Shown here one piece after another: positions 13,776-26,924 of a stretch of DNA of 64,000 nt (position 1 is the stretch's first letter; every line of letters begins with the position of its first letter). The stretch comes from Paraspadella gotoi. Taxonomy: Eukaryota > Animalia > Chaetognatha. Where the stretch lies: positions 17,496,278 to 17,560,277 of the forward strand of contig CM119264.1 of assembly GCA_051294375.1 (NCBI GenBank), written 5' to 3'. The notes under the pieces are model-generated. The model was not told where the DNA came from. It made no database searches and saw nothing but the letters and a program-made list of their open reading frames with translations. The position numbers and the translations under genes were made by a program.

Positions 13776-13853
13776 CTGAAGGAGGAAAAAGAGTGGAAGA
13801 GGGTGGGGTGAGTTGGGTGCCCTGGTGTGTGCTGCTGTCACAGCTTAACTCAC

Positions 13854-14003
13854 CTTTTCGATAGAGAATGAGGATGATGACCAACGAGATAAGGACGAGC
13901 ACGAGAGTCCCGGCGCCAGTCACCACCCACGCCATTCTTGACAGCGCGAGGTGCGACGACGATGACGATGACGACGACGGCGCCGGCCACTGAAAGTCGC
14001 CAT
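13854..14003 (-). CDS. IgSF gene transmembrane exon
   Basis: Acceptor tttcaactcgacag|AT, donor AAA G|gtgagt. 150 nt, phase 1 to 1. DGDFQWPAPSSSSSSSSHLALSRMAWVVTGAGTLVLVLISLVIILILYRK is a hydrophobic stretch followed by basic stop-transfer residues. Confidence 0.8.
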
Positions 14004-14183
14004 CTGTCGAGTTGAAAAAAAAAGAGCAGGTGAGAGACAAAAGAACACAAAGGACGTCTCGTCGTCTGTGGGAGCGAGAAAAATTGGGTGCGGACCGAGA
14101 CACAAAAGTTGTGTGACAGCAAAGAAAAAAAAAAACGCATTCAGAAAAGTGTAAAATGAATGAAACAGAATGAACAGAAAAAT

Positions 14184-14270
<87 letters not shown>

Positions 14271-14431
14271 AAAAAAGCAGAAAGAAGAAGAGAAAAAAGC
14301 GAGATGAAAAACGAAGCTCGGAAGGAAACAACGTCGGTGGGGAGAAAAGGCTTCGTTCGACTCAAATCCCTTTTGGCGCCGATCTGAGATCAGGGACAGA
14401 ATCACGTTGATCGAGGCTAACGTCACCCAGG

Positions 14432-14495
<64 letters not shown>

Positions 14496-14992
14496 TCTCC
14501 CCCTTTTCTTTAACTCCATCTCTCTCTTCTCCACTTTTCTGCTGGAGGTCAAGAGATTTCCCTCGAGACGGTGAAATCATAAATAAAAAAAAATTGAACT
14601 GAATAAGATTCTTGTTTCCCCCAAAATTGAATGTGGAAATTTCAGCCAAAATCATGATGTAGAATCAATTCGAAATTTAATTAGTTTGTGTTTGTGTTTG
14701 TGTTTGTGTTTTGTGTTGGTGAAATTTAAATGATATCATCCTAATTTTCCTAATTTTCCTAATTTTTCGACATTCGCTCATAGGGTTCGAGTTAACTTTT
14801 TTTTAAACGTGCGATGAAAATTTTGGATTTTGAAATCCTCACGCGAGCGACAATCAACTCTCTCTTCTCTCCACGCAAAATGTTCCTTTCTTTTTAATCT
14901 TCAACTTTTTTTACGATTTTTATGATTTTCATGGAAACGTTTGGATTTCGACGTCCAAAAGAATTTTAATCGGCGATAATTAAAACGGAATG

Positions 14993-15023
<31 letters not shown>

Positions 15024-15294
15024 TTCTCTCTCTCTTTCTCTCTCTCTCTTTCTCTCTCTCTCTCTTTCTCTCTCTCTTTTATAATTATTTCTTTTTTTTT
15101 CGGACTAATTGTTCTGCTATCTTTCCGTCTGAATCGACTTCGGCAGACGAGACATGGCGCTGTTTGAGCGTCAGGATTGGCCTGAAAAACTCACGCGTGT
15201 TTTTCGAGAATAACATCTCAAAGGAGTTAATTCGATGTTTTTTTTTCAATTTTTTTTCTCATGAGGAGACAGTGATAATCGTTATGTGTTAGTG

Positions 15295-15462
15295 ACAGAA
15301 CCGTTCAATATAAGCAGTCCCTGAGCTTCGGATCAGGCTGTAACACCGTGTTACAGGCGGGTTAAGCGCCCCGTCCCTCTTAACTGCTAGGCGACCACCG
15401 GGCTAGAACCCCGGACCTTTGGGTTGGGAGGCGAATGACTTGCCTCGGCCACAAATGGCCGC
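15295..15462 (-). mobile_element. tRNA-derived SINE (or tRNA pseudogene); head resembles tRNA-Gly(CCC)
   Basis: Head 15462-15391: acceptor-like pairing GCGGCCA/TGGTCGC, A-box-like TGGCCGAGG, loop CTCCCAA, B box GGTTCTAGCCC. The anticodon stem is degenerate. A GC-rich body follows, with a hairpin CTGTAACAC-n-GTGTTACAG near 15338-15356. The 3' end is approximate. Confidence 0.65.
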
Positions 15463-16763
15463 TAATGAATGGTTGGTGGATTTTAGTCCACCATACTCAA
15501 CTTGATATTTCGTTCGCAAGATTTGTTATTTCGTTTCGTCATTTCGTTAGCAAGCCTTCTCGCAGCGTAGATCTGCATGGCTCAGCGCACGACGTAGCAA
15601 CCGTGGCGCCGCGCGTTACGTGTTCATTTTTCATGCGCGGCTCTTACGTGCGCTCACGAACTCCAAGGACCAACGGGCGCGTTGGAAGTGGCGCATCCGC
15701 CCGTGAGAAGGGGGGGATTTTATGGAATGAAAGAGAGAAAATGGATTTTCAATAAAGAATTTCATTTTTAAAAAAAAAAAAAGTTTTATGACGTTTAAAT
15801 TTAATATACTACCGCTGGCCCGGTTTTTAAAGGACTTTTTATATCTTTTTAAGTTTTATATAATTTTATTAGGTTTCCTATCTTGATGATAGGGACGAAT
15901 AAATACAAGAAAGGAATTATAATTCTCATCGTTGACTTCATCGCCACTAAAATTGTCTTTCCGACTTAAAAAAACAATAAAAACCAAGCGTAAACAAGGA
16001 ATGACTCAACAGTCAACATGGCGGCGCCTTTTTCCTCAGCAACTGCCGACGTCGCTTCCGCAGCATCAGCTTCTTGAAAATCTGCATCTGCTTCGGCGTC
16101 CCTAGAAAAAATATATTTCGTTTGATTATTGAATGTGTCACAAAAAATAATTTTAATTTTGTTTTTTGTTGGATTCTTTTTCAGTGCTTCACGAAGGAAC
16201 GAACGCATACTCTAACAACAACAACAACAACAATAACAACAACAACAACAACAGCGTTAACGACTGGATCCGGAAAAGCTTCCCCCCCCCCTCAAGAGCG
16301 CCCTCCTGCTGACGACTGTTTTTCTTTTTCTTTCTTTTCCTCTTTTTCGTTTACGATTCCCATAAGAGATGACAGAAACGAAATCCCATTCGATGATTCT
16401 ATACGAGAGACGTCAACGCCTCCTTTTTTAGCGAGGGTGGTGGCGGTGGAGAATGGTGGAAGATAGGGGTGGCTGGGGGGGAAGGGAAGTCAAACGAAGG
16501 AACCGAAGGAAATTGGAATCGGTCGAGGTTGTTCAGGTGGGTTTCGATAAAAGCGCTCGTCGCGCCAGACTTCGTCGATTCGGCTAACGACCTAATTTGC
16601 GAATTGAATAAAAGGTCATTCCTGGTACAAGAGTTGGATGAAAGATAGAAAATATGCACTACAATGAAGAGGGCGGGCTGGTTAGGAATTGTTATCATCT
16701 TCGTCGTAATAGTTATTAAAAACGCAACTGTATTACAGCGACAGACTGACGCTCATTTCAACT

Positions 16764-16883
<120 letters not shown>

Positions 16884-18061
16884 TCCTCACAAGTTACTAC
16901 AACCCTTTCGCTCAAACGCCAACGACGAAAAGACCTCGCGAATGAACTTCTTCGACGGCTCTTTGTGGGCGCGCCCGCTCAGGCCGACGCGGAAAACGAA
17001 AACATGAAAGGAGAGGTTCATAAACTGATCCCCGTTGCAAAGGTTACCGGGTCGACTCTGACGGGTGTCGGATTTCCTCGTCTTCGTCGTCGTCGTCGTC
17101 GTCGTCAAAAAAAGCGAGAAGGAGAAAACCGAGAATTACGACGTGGCGCGATTCTCGAGCGTGTGATGGCTGTGATACGGGAGGGAACTTGAAAAGAGTG
17201 TGAATGCGATAAGGCAACGCCGCTGCGGGGGTGGTGAGGGGGTGACAGAGACAGAGAGTTCGGGTGGGAAAGATCGCTGTGTGGGGACTGGGGCACTATG
17301 TGAGAAGGAGTACGAGAAAGGAAACCCTCTGCTCTTGAGGAAAGCATGAATAAGAAGGCTGGGAATCGGGGTAGCAGGACGGCAGGGTGGCAGGGTGGCA
17401 AAGAAACGGGATACTCTAAGGTCTAATCTAAAATCATGAAGGGCAACGATGATGAACAAAAAGGGGCGAATGAATGAGTTCGATGATGGATGAACATATG
17501 TAGGTCCTTCGATGATTCGATGATGAATGAGACGAGAAGCTTTCGACGCCTTTTTGGTCCAAATTGAGGGACGAGAGAAAATGAATTTGGGTCAGACGAT
17601 CCGCTTTCTCGTTAAGTGGTTAAGCATCATCGTCGTCGTCGTCGTCGTTCTCGTCAACATCGTCACCCACTCTTTCTTTCTCTCCATCAAAGCTACTCGA
17701 TCATGAACTTCTGCCAATCGATTGGAACGTGCGAACAACTCCATGTGACGATTAAAGGGGAAAAAAGACGACGGTCGTCGTCGTCGTTGCCGTCGTCGTC
17801 GCAGTCGACCCATTCTCATTTCCTCATTTCCGCATTCAGCTTGAGAGTTTGTGAGAGCCGCTACGAGCCATTGAATTCATTGCCGTTGCAAAAAAAAAGT
17901 GACCGCCAGGAAACATTCTAGCGCGAGCGAGTCCGTAGCGAGAAGAACCAATCGAAACCGGATCTTCGTGTAAAAAAATAACGATTCTGTCGAGTGTCAG
18001 CGTGCGCACGTGCGCACGTGCGCTAGGAATTATCTCTCATCATATAAAAATCACGATAGTA

Positions 18062-18364
18062 CAGTGTGTCCCAATGGAACTGTCGGTTAATAAAAGCTTG
18101 CTATTTAAAAACATTTTTCTATGTAATTTTTTTAATGAAATTTATTTTAAAATATAAAACAATTGAAAAATTAAAAAAGTGAAAAACTAGGACTTATTTC
18201 AATTGAATGTTTTGCAAAGAAAAATTGATAAAAATTGAATTCGAAATATAGTATTATAAATGCTAAGAACTTATCTTCGACATTGTTATCTCAGAAAAAA
18301 GATTTAAGAACACAGTTCCGCACAATATGTAAAAGTTAACCGACAGTACCATTGGGACACACTG
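18062..18364. mobile_element. Tc1/mariner-type MITE, 303 bp
   Basis: 29-bp terminal inverted repeats CAGTGTGTCCCAATGG(A/T)ACTGTCGGTTAA with 1 mismatch, TA on both flanks (18060-61 and 18365-66), AT-rich non-coding interior. Confidence 0.88.
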
Positions 18365-19185
18365 TATTTAGTAGCATCTAGTTTAAATAATAAAATGTCG
18401 TCTGTTTGACGCTTTCAGGGTGAAAAATCATTCATTGTGATAACGAAGACTGAAATAAAGATAGAAAATAAAGGAAAGAAGTGAAAAAAGAAAAGTCTGA
18501 TATCATTGCATACTATTTCAATGCGTAGGTCTTTATAAAAACCGGTTAACGAGGGAACACGCGATGAAAGAATATACGAAATGAAGTGAAAAGAGTTGTA
18601 TAGCTCTAGGGTGGGTTGAGGTTAAAAATAGTGATTGACTAGAAGACTGAAGTAATAGTACCAGCGAGTCTGAATTGAAATAGATTAAAATAAATTAAAT
18701 GAAAGAATAAGAATCAAATATTGAAAAATATTTTATTGATAGATAAATGAGTTAAAAATATTGTAAAAGTTAAGTTAAGTTTTAAAGCGACGATGAGAAA
18801 GAAAAATACATTATAAATAGATAAGTGAATAAACCAACTGGGACAGATGGCAGAAAAAAGAAATGAATTGTTAAGTGAGAGAGTGATAATGCGAGGAAAG
18901 AATGAAGGAAGGAGATGTGAGGCAGCGGTGAAGAAATAAAGGGAAAAAAATTAAAAAATAAATGGAAAGAAAAAAAGAAAGAGGGCGAGAGAGGGAGTCG
19001 GTAAAAACCCGAAGGAATCGCGGAGAAAAGAAGATGCGGTTCGAACTCCCTTGACGGATGCCAGAGGTGACTCGTGTCGCAGTGAAAAGGCGCAAAAGAA
19101 AACGGACAAAATAATGAAAAATAAATCTTTTCTCCTTTCTTCAACCTGTCACTGACTCTCTCTCTCTCTCTCACTCTCGCTTTTG

Positions 19186-19263
<78 letters not shown>

Positions 19264-19264
19264 A

Positions 19265-19300
<36 letters not shown>

Positions 19301-19376
19301 ATGCTCTCTCGCTGAGTCTCATTCTCTGTTTATCTCGACAGCCTCCGCTTTTTTTGTTTACGTCCATAAACTTGAT

Positions 19377-19449
<73 letters not shown>

Positions 19450-19636
19450 TTACCTCTCTCTTCCTCTCTCAATCTCTCTTTCGCTCTACTTCCCCTGTCT
19501 TTCTATTTCAGCTTCTCTCTGTAAAATCTGGTGCTTGAACGAACCACAAAGAGAAGAGAGAAAATAAGACAAAAACAATTTAAAAGAGGAACAACGGCTT
19601 CGATGACAAAGGAAAAAGCAACCAACCAAATAAGCA

Positions 19637-19711
<75 letters not shown>

Positions 19712-20517
19712 AAACGTTATCTCCTCCTCCACATTCGCGTGCTCCTTGAAGTTTGCCTTGACTCTGCTGTCCTGGAGCCCATTTCATTCTTGGGTGATCA
19801 CCGTCCCACCGGGCATCGAAACGGCCTTCGACTAACCAAGGTGACCCTCGGGGTCCCCGAGAAAGCGGGGGCGGGAGTGGCCAGGGGGCAACGGGGTGAT
19901 GGAGTGATGAAAGTTAGGGTGGTAGGGATGTTTTAGGAAAAGGCGCGGCTGAAGCGAAGGAGAGGAGAAAATGTTTTTTTTTTCTTCAACATAAAAAAGC
20001 TGTTTTTTTTTCTATCTGTTGATGGCGCCTAGAATTGTCGTTATAATCAGCAGGATCTTGGTTGCCTTATTTCATTCTTTATGATCTAATTATTTAGATA
20101 TAAAATAAAATAAAATAAAATTATAAAGATTAAAAATAAAAATTGGTATTAGATGCAATAAACAATGTTGCAAAACTAATCTCGATTCTCTCTCTCTCTC
20201 ACTCTCTCTCTCTCTCTCTCTCTTTCGTCTCTCTTTCTCCTCTCTCTCTCCTCATCTCTCTCTCTCATCTGCTCTCACTCTCTGCGTAATGGCAACAGAC
20301 ACATTTTTGTCTTCCACGTTTTTGCCAGATGCGCTCTTCTCCTTGGGCCCGGGTCGTCGCGGGCCTGGGTATCAAAGATAAGAAGCCTTTTTGAAGGGAT
20401 TTCCTTTCGATTGGGTTTCTGCTTGGGACGATCGTCTTTAATCATATTCATAAAGAGGGATTTCTGTCTCCATTTGAATTTCGAGGACGAAGACACGCAA
20501 TGAAGCAGACGACTCAC

Positions 20518-20591
20518 CTCCCTCGACTCCGTATTGATTCGTCATGGTGATTGTGAAGTTTTTAATCACGGATTTCGTCACAGTCAGGATT
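20518..20591 (-). CDS. IgSF gene exon: Ig E-F strands
   Basis: Acceptor attctcccaccag|A, donor GGA G|gtgagt. 74 nt, phase 2 to 1. ILTVTKSVIKNFTITMTNQYGVEG resembles the Ig L-x-I..Y/F-x-x-x-x-x-N-x-x-G pattern. Confidence 0.8.
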
Positions 20592-21166
20592 CTGGTGGGA
20601 GAATTTTTAAAAAAATAAGAATAAGAAAAAATAGTAATCTTTAATTGAATATTAAGTATTTGATAGTTGAAATATTGTGTTTAATTATCTCATTTCTCTT
20701 TTCAGAACAAATATAGAGGATTATAATGGGTCTCCTGTTTAGTCAAGACTGACTTTTTTTTTCACCGTTTTTCTTCTCTCTCACAGACTTTCTCTGGTTT
20801 CACGGGATTTTCCCCGCGTTTCTCTGGGTTTCACGCTCCGTCGCTCGTCCTTCTTATCCGCTATCTTTTTTTCTCTTTTCTCTTTTTCTCTTTTTCTCTT
20901 TTTCTCTTTTTCTTTTTCTCTTTTTCTCTTTTTCTCTTTTTCTCTTTTTCTCTTTTTCTCTTTTTCTTTTTCTCCCTTTACCGTTTTCTCCCTTTATTTT
21001 CACTTTCCCCAGCCATTTCCCTATTTTCTTTTCACTATTCTTGTTTAAAAAACATGAAGTTTGTATTTTTTCATTTTACGCATGAAATCTCAGGTAAGAA
21101 AGATGTTTTTTTTTTTGTTCTTTTTTTTCGCCTTTCCTTTCCTCAAACCTTCACCTTTTTCCTCAC

Positions 21167-21265
21167 CTGAGCGTGATGAGGGCGTGGTGATGCAAATGCT
21201 CCAAAAAAGTGTGATTCAAACTCAACACCACGTTCTGCCTCCTCTGGTCCAAGTTAATCACGGCT
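21167..21265 (-). CDS. IgSF gene exon
   Basis: Polypyrimidine acceptor ...ttttcag|A, donor CTC AG|gtgagg. 99 nt, phase 2 to 2. AVINLDQRRQNVVLSLNHTFLEHLHHHALITL(R). Confidence 0.8.
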
Positions 21266-21476
21266 CTGAAAAAAAGATAGACGAAGTTGGGTGGAAAGAG
21301 AAAGAACAATGGAAAGAATCAAAAGAAGCATTTGACGAAAACGTGGGAGAAGAAGTTGTGAAGTCAAAAAAAGGGATCAAAATAAGGTTGATAAAGATGC
21401 AGGAAATGAAGGTCGAAAAAAGAATGTAAGGGAAAGGAAGAAGTGAAAATACAGAGATAAGGAGAAAAATGGATTA

Positions 21477-21572
<96 letters not shown>

Positions 21573-22465
21573 AAAAAAAAAGAAAGAAAAAAGGAAATGG
21601 AAAACAGAAAAAAAGAAAAGAAAAATCAAGGTACGCGGTAACGAATAAGCAAAATAAGAAGAAAAAAAAAAAGAAAAGAGAGAGAAAAGAAGAATACAAG
21701 TTGAGTAATAAAGAGGAAATGAGGAGGAGAGACAGAAAGGGAATAAGGGAGAAAGGAAATCAATTAGTCTCCCGCTCCGTTGGCTCAAGATTTTTCAAAA
21801 TCAGATTTATCACGAGATTTTTTTTTTTCGTGATTTTTTTTTTTTTTCAGTCTGTGAGGGAGTGAAATTAAGGCGATCGTATTACTGGCGCCGCGTTCAC
21901 ATTCACATGCGCTCGAGAAAGAGAGAGAGAGGGAGAGAGAGAAAGAGAGAGAGCGAGAGAGAGAGAGAGAGTTTTACGTGTTTTATTTTTCTCAATCTTC
22001 ATTTTCTTTTAAGGGGGGGCTCCCGCTCTTTTTGTTTTCACTTTTTTTTCCCCTTCCCCTCCTCTTTTACTTTTTTTCTTTTCCCTTTTGTTTTTCTCGC
22101 ATTCCTCCTTTTCTCTTTTTCACTTCTACTCCTCGTGGAAATATCTTCAAATTCCCGCGAAACTGAGACAAGCCAGATCCCCCCCCCGCCCCCCTTCCTC
22201 TTTCAGCACAACGTTTCGCGTCAAAATTCATATTTTTTTTTCTCTTTCTCTTTTTCTATCCGTTTCGTAGTCTCACCAAAAAAAAAGGGAGAAAAAAAAT
22301 TTACATAATGAGAAAATCAAAGCCACAAAAAAAAAAGCGAAAGAAACATACTTTTTCAACGTCGAGTCGAATGGAAGCCTCGCTCCACCGAGTTCCAATC
22401 TTTCTCACTCTTTCCGTTTTCCCGACGTTACTGGTTCGCTTCCCAGCTTTGAATTCCCTTTTTAT

Positions 22466-22501
<36 letters not shown>

Positions 22502-22588
22502 CTCTCTCTCTCTGTCTCTCTCTCTCTCTCTCTACCTCTCTCTCTCTCTCTCGCTTTCCAGTTTTTTTCAATTTTGCGAAAGTTTCAC

Positions 22589-22788
22589 CTTGGCGGAAAG
22601 AATTCCAATTTGTTGTAGTAGTTGTTTTTCTTGTTGACGCCGTCGACGGCGTTGTTGTCGTTGTCGTCTCTGTCGTCGTTCTTCTCCTCTGGATAGACGG
22701 ATTGAAGGGGATTTCGAGGGTCGTCCGGCGAGAGGCGTCGAGGAGGCGTGGCGAAGGGGTGGAGGCTGCGGACGGACCACGAGATGTT
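22589..22788 (-). CDS. IgSF gene exon: Ig C strand plus long low-complexity loop
   Basis: Acceptor cttctcctctttccgcctccag|AAC, donor CCA AG|gtgaaa. 200 nt, phase 0 to 2. NISWSVRSLHPFATPPRRLSPDDPRNPLQSVYPEEKNDDRDDNDNNAVDGVNKKNNYYNKLEFFPP(R). Confidence 0.75.
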
Positions 22789-23704
22789 CTGGAGGCGGAA
22801 AGAGGAGAAGGAAGTTCGGGGGCAGAAAAGAAATTTAATAATAACATCGTCGGTTTTTTTCTTTTTAACAGAAACATCTTGTGTCAAAAGAAAGAACTTT
22901 TCTTTCATCGGACTTCCGAGTCAGCGTAATTCAAAATCTAGGATCGAGAATGAGCAGTTTCTTTTCCTTATTACTTCTCTCCCTCTTCTTTTCTTGTATT
23001 TCCTCTCCGTCTTATCTTCTAATCACTTTGCAAAAATACTGTCTGCGAAAAGATGAAGCAAAGAGAAGGCAAAATTGTCTAGAAAATAAACAAGCAAAAA
23101 TAATACTTGTATTTCCCTGGAATAAATTAAAATACGTGAAAAGGGTACGCAACGTTGACCAAAATTTGCGAATCCGACGAGGTATATACTTAGCTTGGTT
23201 TTACTTATAATTATTAAATATTTTCTCTCCTTTTGTTTTATCCCCCTGTCATTTTACAAAGTTAGCTTTTTCATAAAAAAAGAAGTTTTTCTCTGATTTC
23301 TTTCGTCATTCGATTTCGTTTTGTTGTCAAGGATTAAAATGGAAAAAACCCTTTGCCTCCTTTTGTCTGGCAATTTGCATTTTTATTCTGCTTTAAATTT
23401 AAAAGGATTTTCTTTCGAAGAGCGAGGGAAGAAAATAATCTGACGTATCATCTTAGTGAATCTAATGATAAAAAAAGAAAAACGTCAAATAAGGGAATTT
23501 ATTTGGAAAGATAAATAATACTTAGTTAGTAGTGAGATATCGTGACAGATGATTAAGCAGTAAAATAAAATTATTTCCCAGAAAAATGAACAATACGCTT
23601 GTAGGTGACGTTTTGGTCATGCCTTGATATCGTGACTGTCTCCTTCACACTTCTTAACCAACATTCTAACCCTGCTAAGCTGAAGCACCTCCCCTTCTAC
23701 TTCA

Positions 23705-23736
<32 letters not shown>

Positions 23737-24173
23737 GCAGCTCAGATTACGACCAAAACAGTAAACAAAAAGAGATCGTTTTCTTTTCTTTCTGCCTCTC
23801 GTCCAGTCATTCTCGTAAAGGCGAAAGGAAAAGGAAAAGCTTTTCAAGTTTTTTTTCTAAAAAGGCTCTAGCCCAACAGTCGCCTTTCGCTGAATATCGG
23901 TTTGATAGGTTTTAACAGAAAAGATAACAATTTATTTTACTGCGAAAAAACGAAATTTGAGTTTCATCAAGGATTTGTTGTTGAAACTTAAATTTCGTTT
24001 TTTTCGCTAATCACCTTACACAACGAAAATAAAGGATTAATACACTTTACTGCCTTAAGTTACACGCTAACTAATTCCTAGTGCGTTGGTCATAAACTCC
24101 AGAAACAGTCAATCCGCCCTTCATTCGGCCACAAACAACAAAGAATGGACGACGACGACAACGACGACGACGC

Positions 24174-24218
<45 letters not shown>

Positions 24219-26408
24219 AATGGATATTCTGAGACGGAGAATATTGGAGAAACCCTATCTTCGATTCTATTGACCCAAATCCCACCCGCGAGGGAGATAA
24301 GATCGGTCATGGGGGAGGAGCCGAGGGAGAAAAGGGGGCGTGACTGCTGCATGCGGCGAAAACGGAAGGGTTAAGCCGAATAGCGAAGATGCTTCGCTGA
24401 CGGATATGCAGTCTGAAAACCGTTTCGGGTCTAAGAGTCCCGGATGCTGGGAGAGGAATATGGCGAAGTGAAAGCAGGACAACTAATTTCGCCCATTCCA
24501 TTGTTACTTTTTTCGCCGTTTGTACGTATTGTGACTTTTCTTTTTCAGTTTACATTAGTAAGCCATAACAAGGTCATTCATGGTCGGATATCACGCGTCA
24601 TTCCTACTGACCACTTCGGTCGCAAAGTACAAAGATTTCGTCGTCGTCGTCTTTGTCACCGTCTTCGTCTTTGTTCGAATCATTTGAGCTCCGAAATTTT
24701 TTCCTTTATTTCGTCTTTGAGATCCACGATTTGGATAACTCAGAGGCAGCAACCTTCCTATAATTAAATTTTGGGTTTTATTATAATTCATTATTTAATT
24801 ATAAAATAAATTTATTTTCAAATGATTGTAAAACGATCGGGCATGGGGTTCGAAGTCAGTGACTTTGTTTAGTATTTCCGTGAATTCTCTATCCAGCCAA
24901 AAAACAACAACAACAACAACAACAACAACTTGCCGACACCTGGCGCGAACGGGAAAATCTCTCTCTTTTTTTTTTTTTTTTTTTTTTTGCTTTTTATTTG
25001 TTGAGGCGCTGATGGCGGAGACGATGGCGCTTGCTTTGGCGGCAACAACGGTAAAACCTGCGATTGTAACAGAGATGGCGTCTTGTAACGGTATACAGTC
25101 ATGTGCAAAAAAAACTCGCTGCTTTATATCAGCCTTTAAAAATTACCCTGTATATTTGATTTTTTTTTTTAAACTTTGAAAATATATAAAGAGTTTGGCA
25201 TAAACTTTATCAAAATGTTTGCAATATTCTGACAGAGCTATGCATTTGGGAGCAATGATTTTTTAAAATTTAGTATTCCACAACAATACTGAAAATTTTA
25301 TTCTTTTAAGATTAATTTTCTCTCCTTTGATATTTTATGTTCTTCATAATAGATTATCTTAAAATAATGATTTTAAAGTTATTAAAAAATAAGATAAATA
25401 TTTTCTTTTCCCGTCTTGATTTAGAAGACTCAAGTTTAAAAAATCATATCTCTTAAACTGCTTGACCGATAGAGTAAAACTTATACATATTCATTTGTAA
25501 AAATATTCTTATGGATCGTTTGGAAGTGAAAGTTTTATTTTTTTTTTTGTTTTTTTTTAGCACATGAGTGTAGAAAGTTATAGAATGTTCAGCAGAGATG
25601 GCGGAGTCAGGGTCGGCGGCGCAGGTGGCAAAGGCGGTAGAAAAAAAGACGATGTTGGAGACGGCAGAAGCATTGGCGGCGGCAGCGGCGTCGTCGCGGC
25701 GTCGCGGCAGCTTTGGAGAAGACTTGAAGAGAAAATCTGTGGAATTCCATTGAGGGGATAAACAAACGCATATTTGGGATAAAAGTCGAGGTTATTGACA
25801 TCAAAGAAGGAAAAAGAAAAGAGAGAGAAAGAGTTCGCAAAGTCAGGGAAGATCCAAGTCCTAAATCTAAAGATAAAAATATCGAGTAAAAAAAAGAGTC
25901 GATAAAAAAGGGGGCTGGTGCAGCCAAGATATCGAATAGATTTTGACGGAGGGAGAATACAGCATTAATAAAGGACCTTTTAACGAGCTGACATCACATC
26001 GACAAATCAGAAACGGTTCGTCGCAATAATCTGGATGAAAATGTCTCGCGTCCCGACGTCGACTGACCGACTTTTCTCCGCCAGTTTCTCGATGTCACGT
26101 GGCTTTCGTTGTTGCTTCGCTGTTTAGCCACTGCGCCACTGCGCCACTGCGCAACAGGCTTTGAAACTTTAAATAGGGTACCGAGAGATGTAATATTTAG
26201 TCGAGAGCTAGGAACTAGAGCAAGAAGACGTAATGGCCAAAACTTTGATCATCAATGGTTTTTTTTTCTTTTTAGTTTTTATAGCGGATAGCCGTATCAA
26301 TAGGAAGAAAAAAAATTGAAAATAAAAATGCAAAACGAGGTAAAACTGGAAACTATAAAAAAGTTTCGCTATTAAAAATAGACGAAAACTTCAACAACAA
26401 AGTCTCTG

Positions 26409-26442
<34 letters not shown>

Positions 26443-26924
26443 ATTCCCTTTGTCTTTCTACTTTCCATTTCTTCTTCTCCTTCCGTTTAGGTACAAAAGA
26501 AACTGGAAAAAGCCTGGGCCCCCGTGAGCCTCTCAACTCGCAGCAACGGTTCCCTTACGTCATCCTCCGGGACAGTTATTGAGCGCCTTATCAGATGCTT
26601 GCTCGGCCTTCAATCCGTCCGTCCATCTCGACCGCGCCGCTCTTTTACGGCCACGCTTCCCCTTTCGCTCTCCATCTCTCACTCACTCTCTTTCTTCCGG
26701 GCGAGAGTGAAAATTAGGAAGCAACGCCCCCCTCCGTTTCAAAAACAAGCTTGGATCGGAATATTTGACAAGGAAATGCTTGTACCCAATTTTTTTTATC
26801 CTTTTTGCGTGATTTTTTTTTTCCGAGAGAGAGAAAAATTTGTGATTTTCGGCGCCAGAGAATTTTCATGCAAAAAAGCGCCTTCGTCTGAAATTCTCGA
26901 CAGAAAAAAAAGAAGAGAGATTGT

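Noticed and set aside
16500-16590. Minus-strand VVSRIDEVWRDERF resembling the Cys-loop channel WxDxR motif
   Set aside because: No good donor, the phase is incompatible with the flanking IgSF exons, and no other channel exons were seen.
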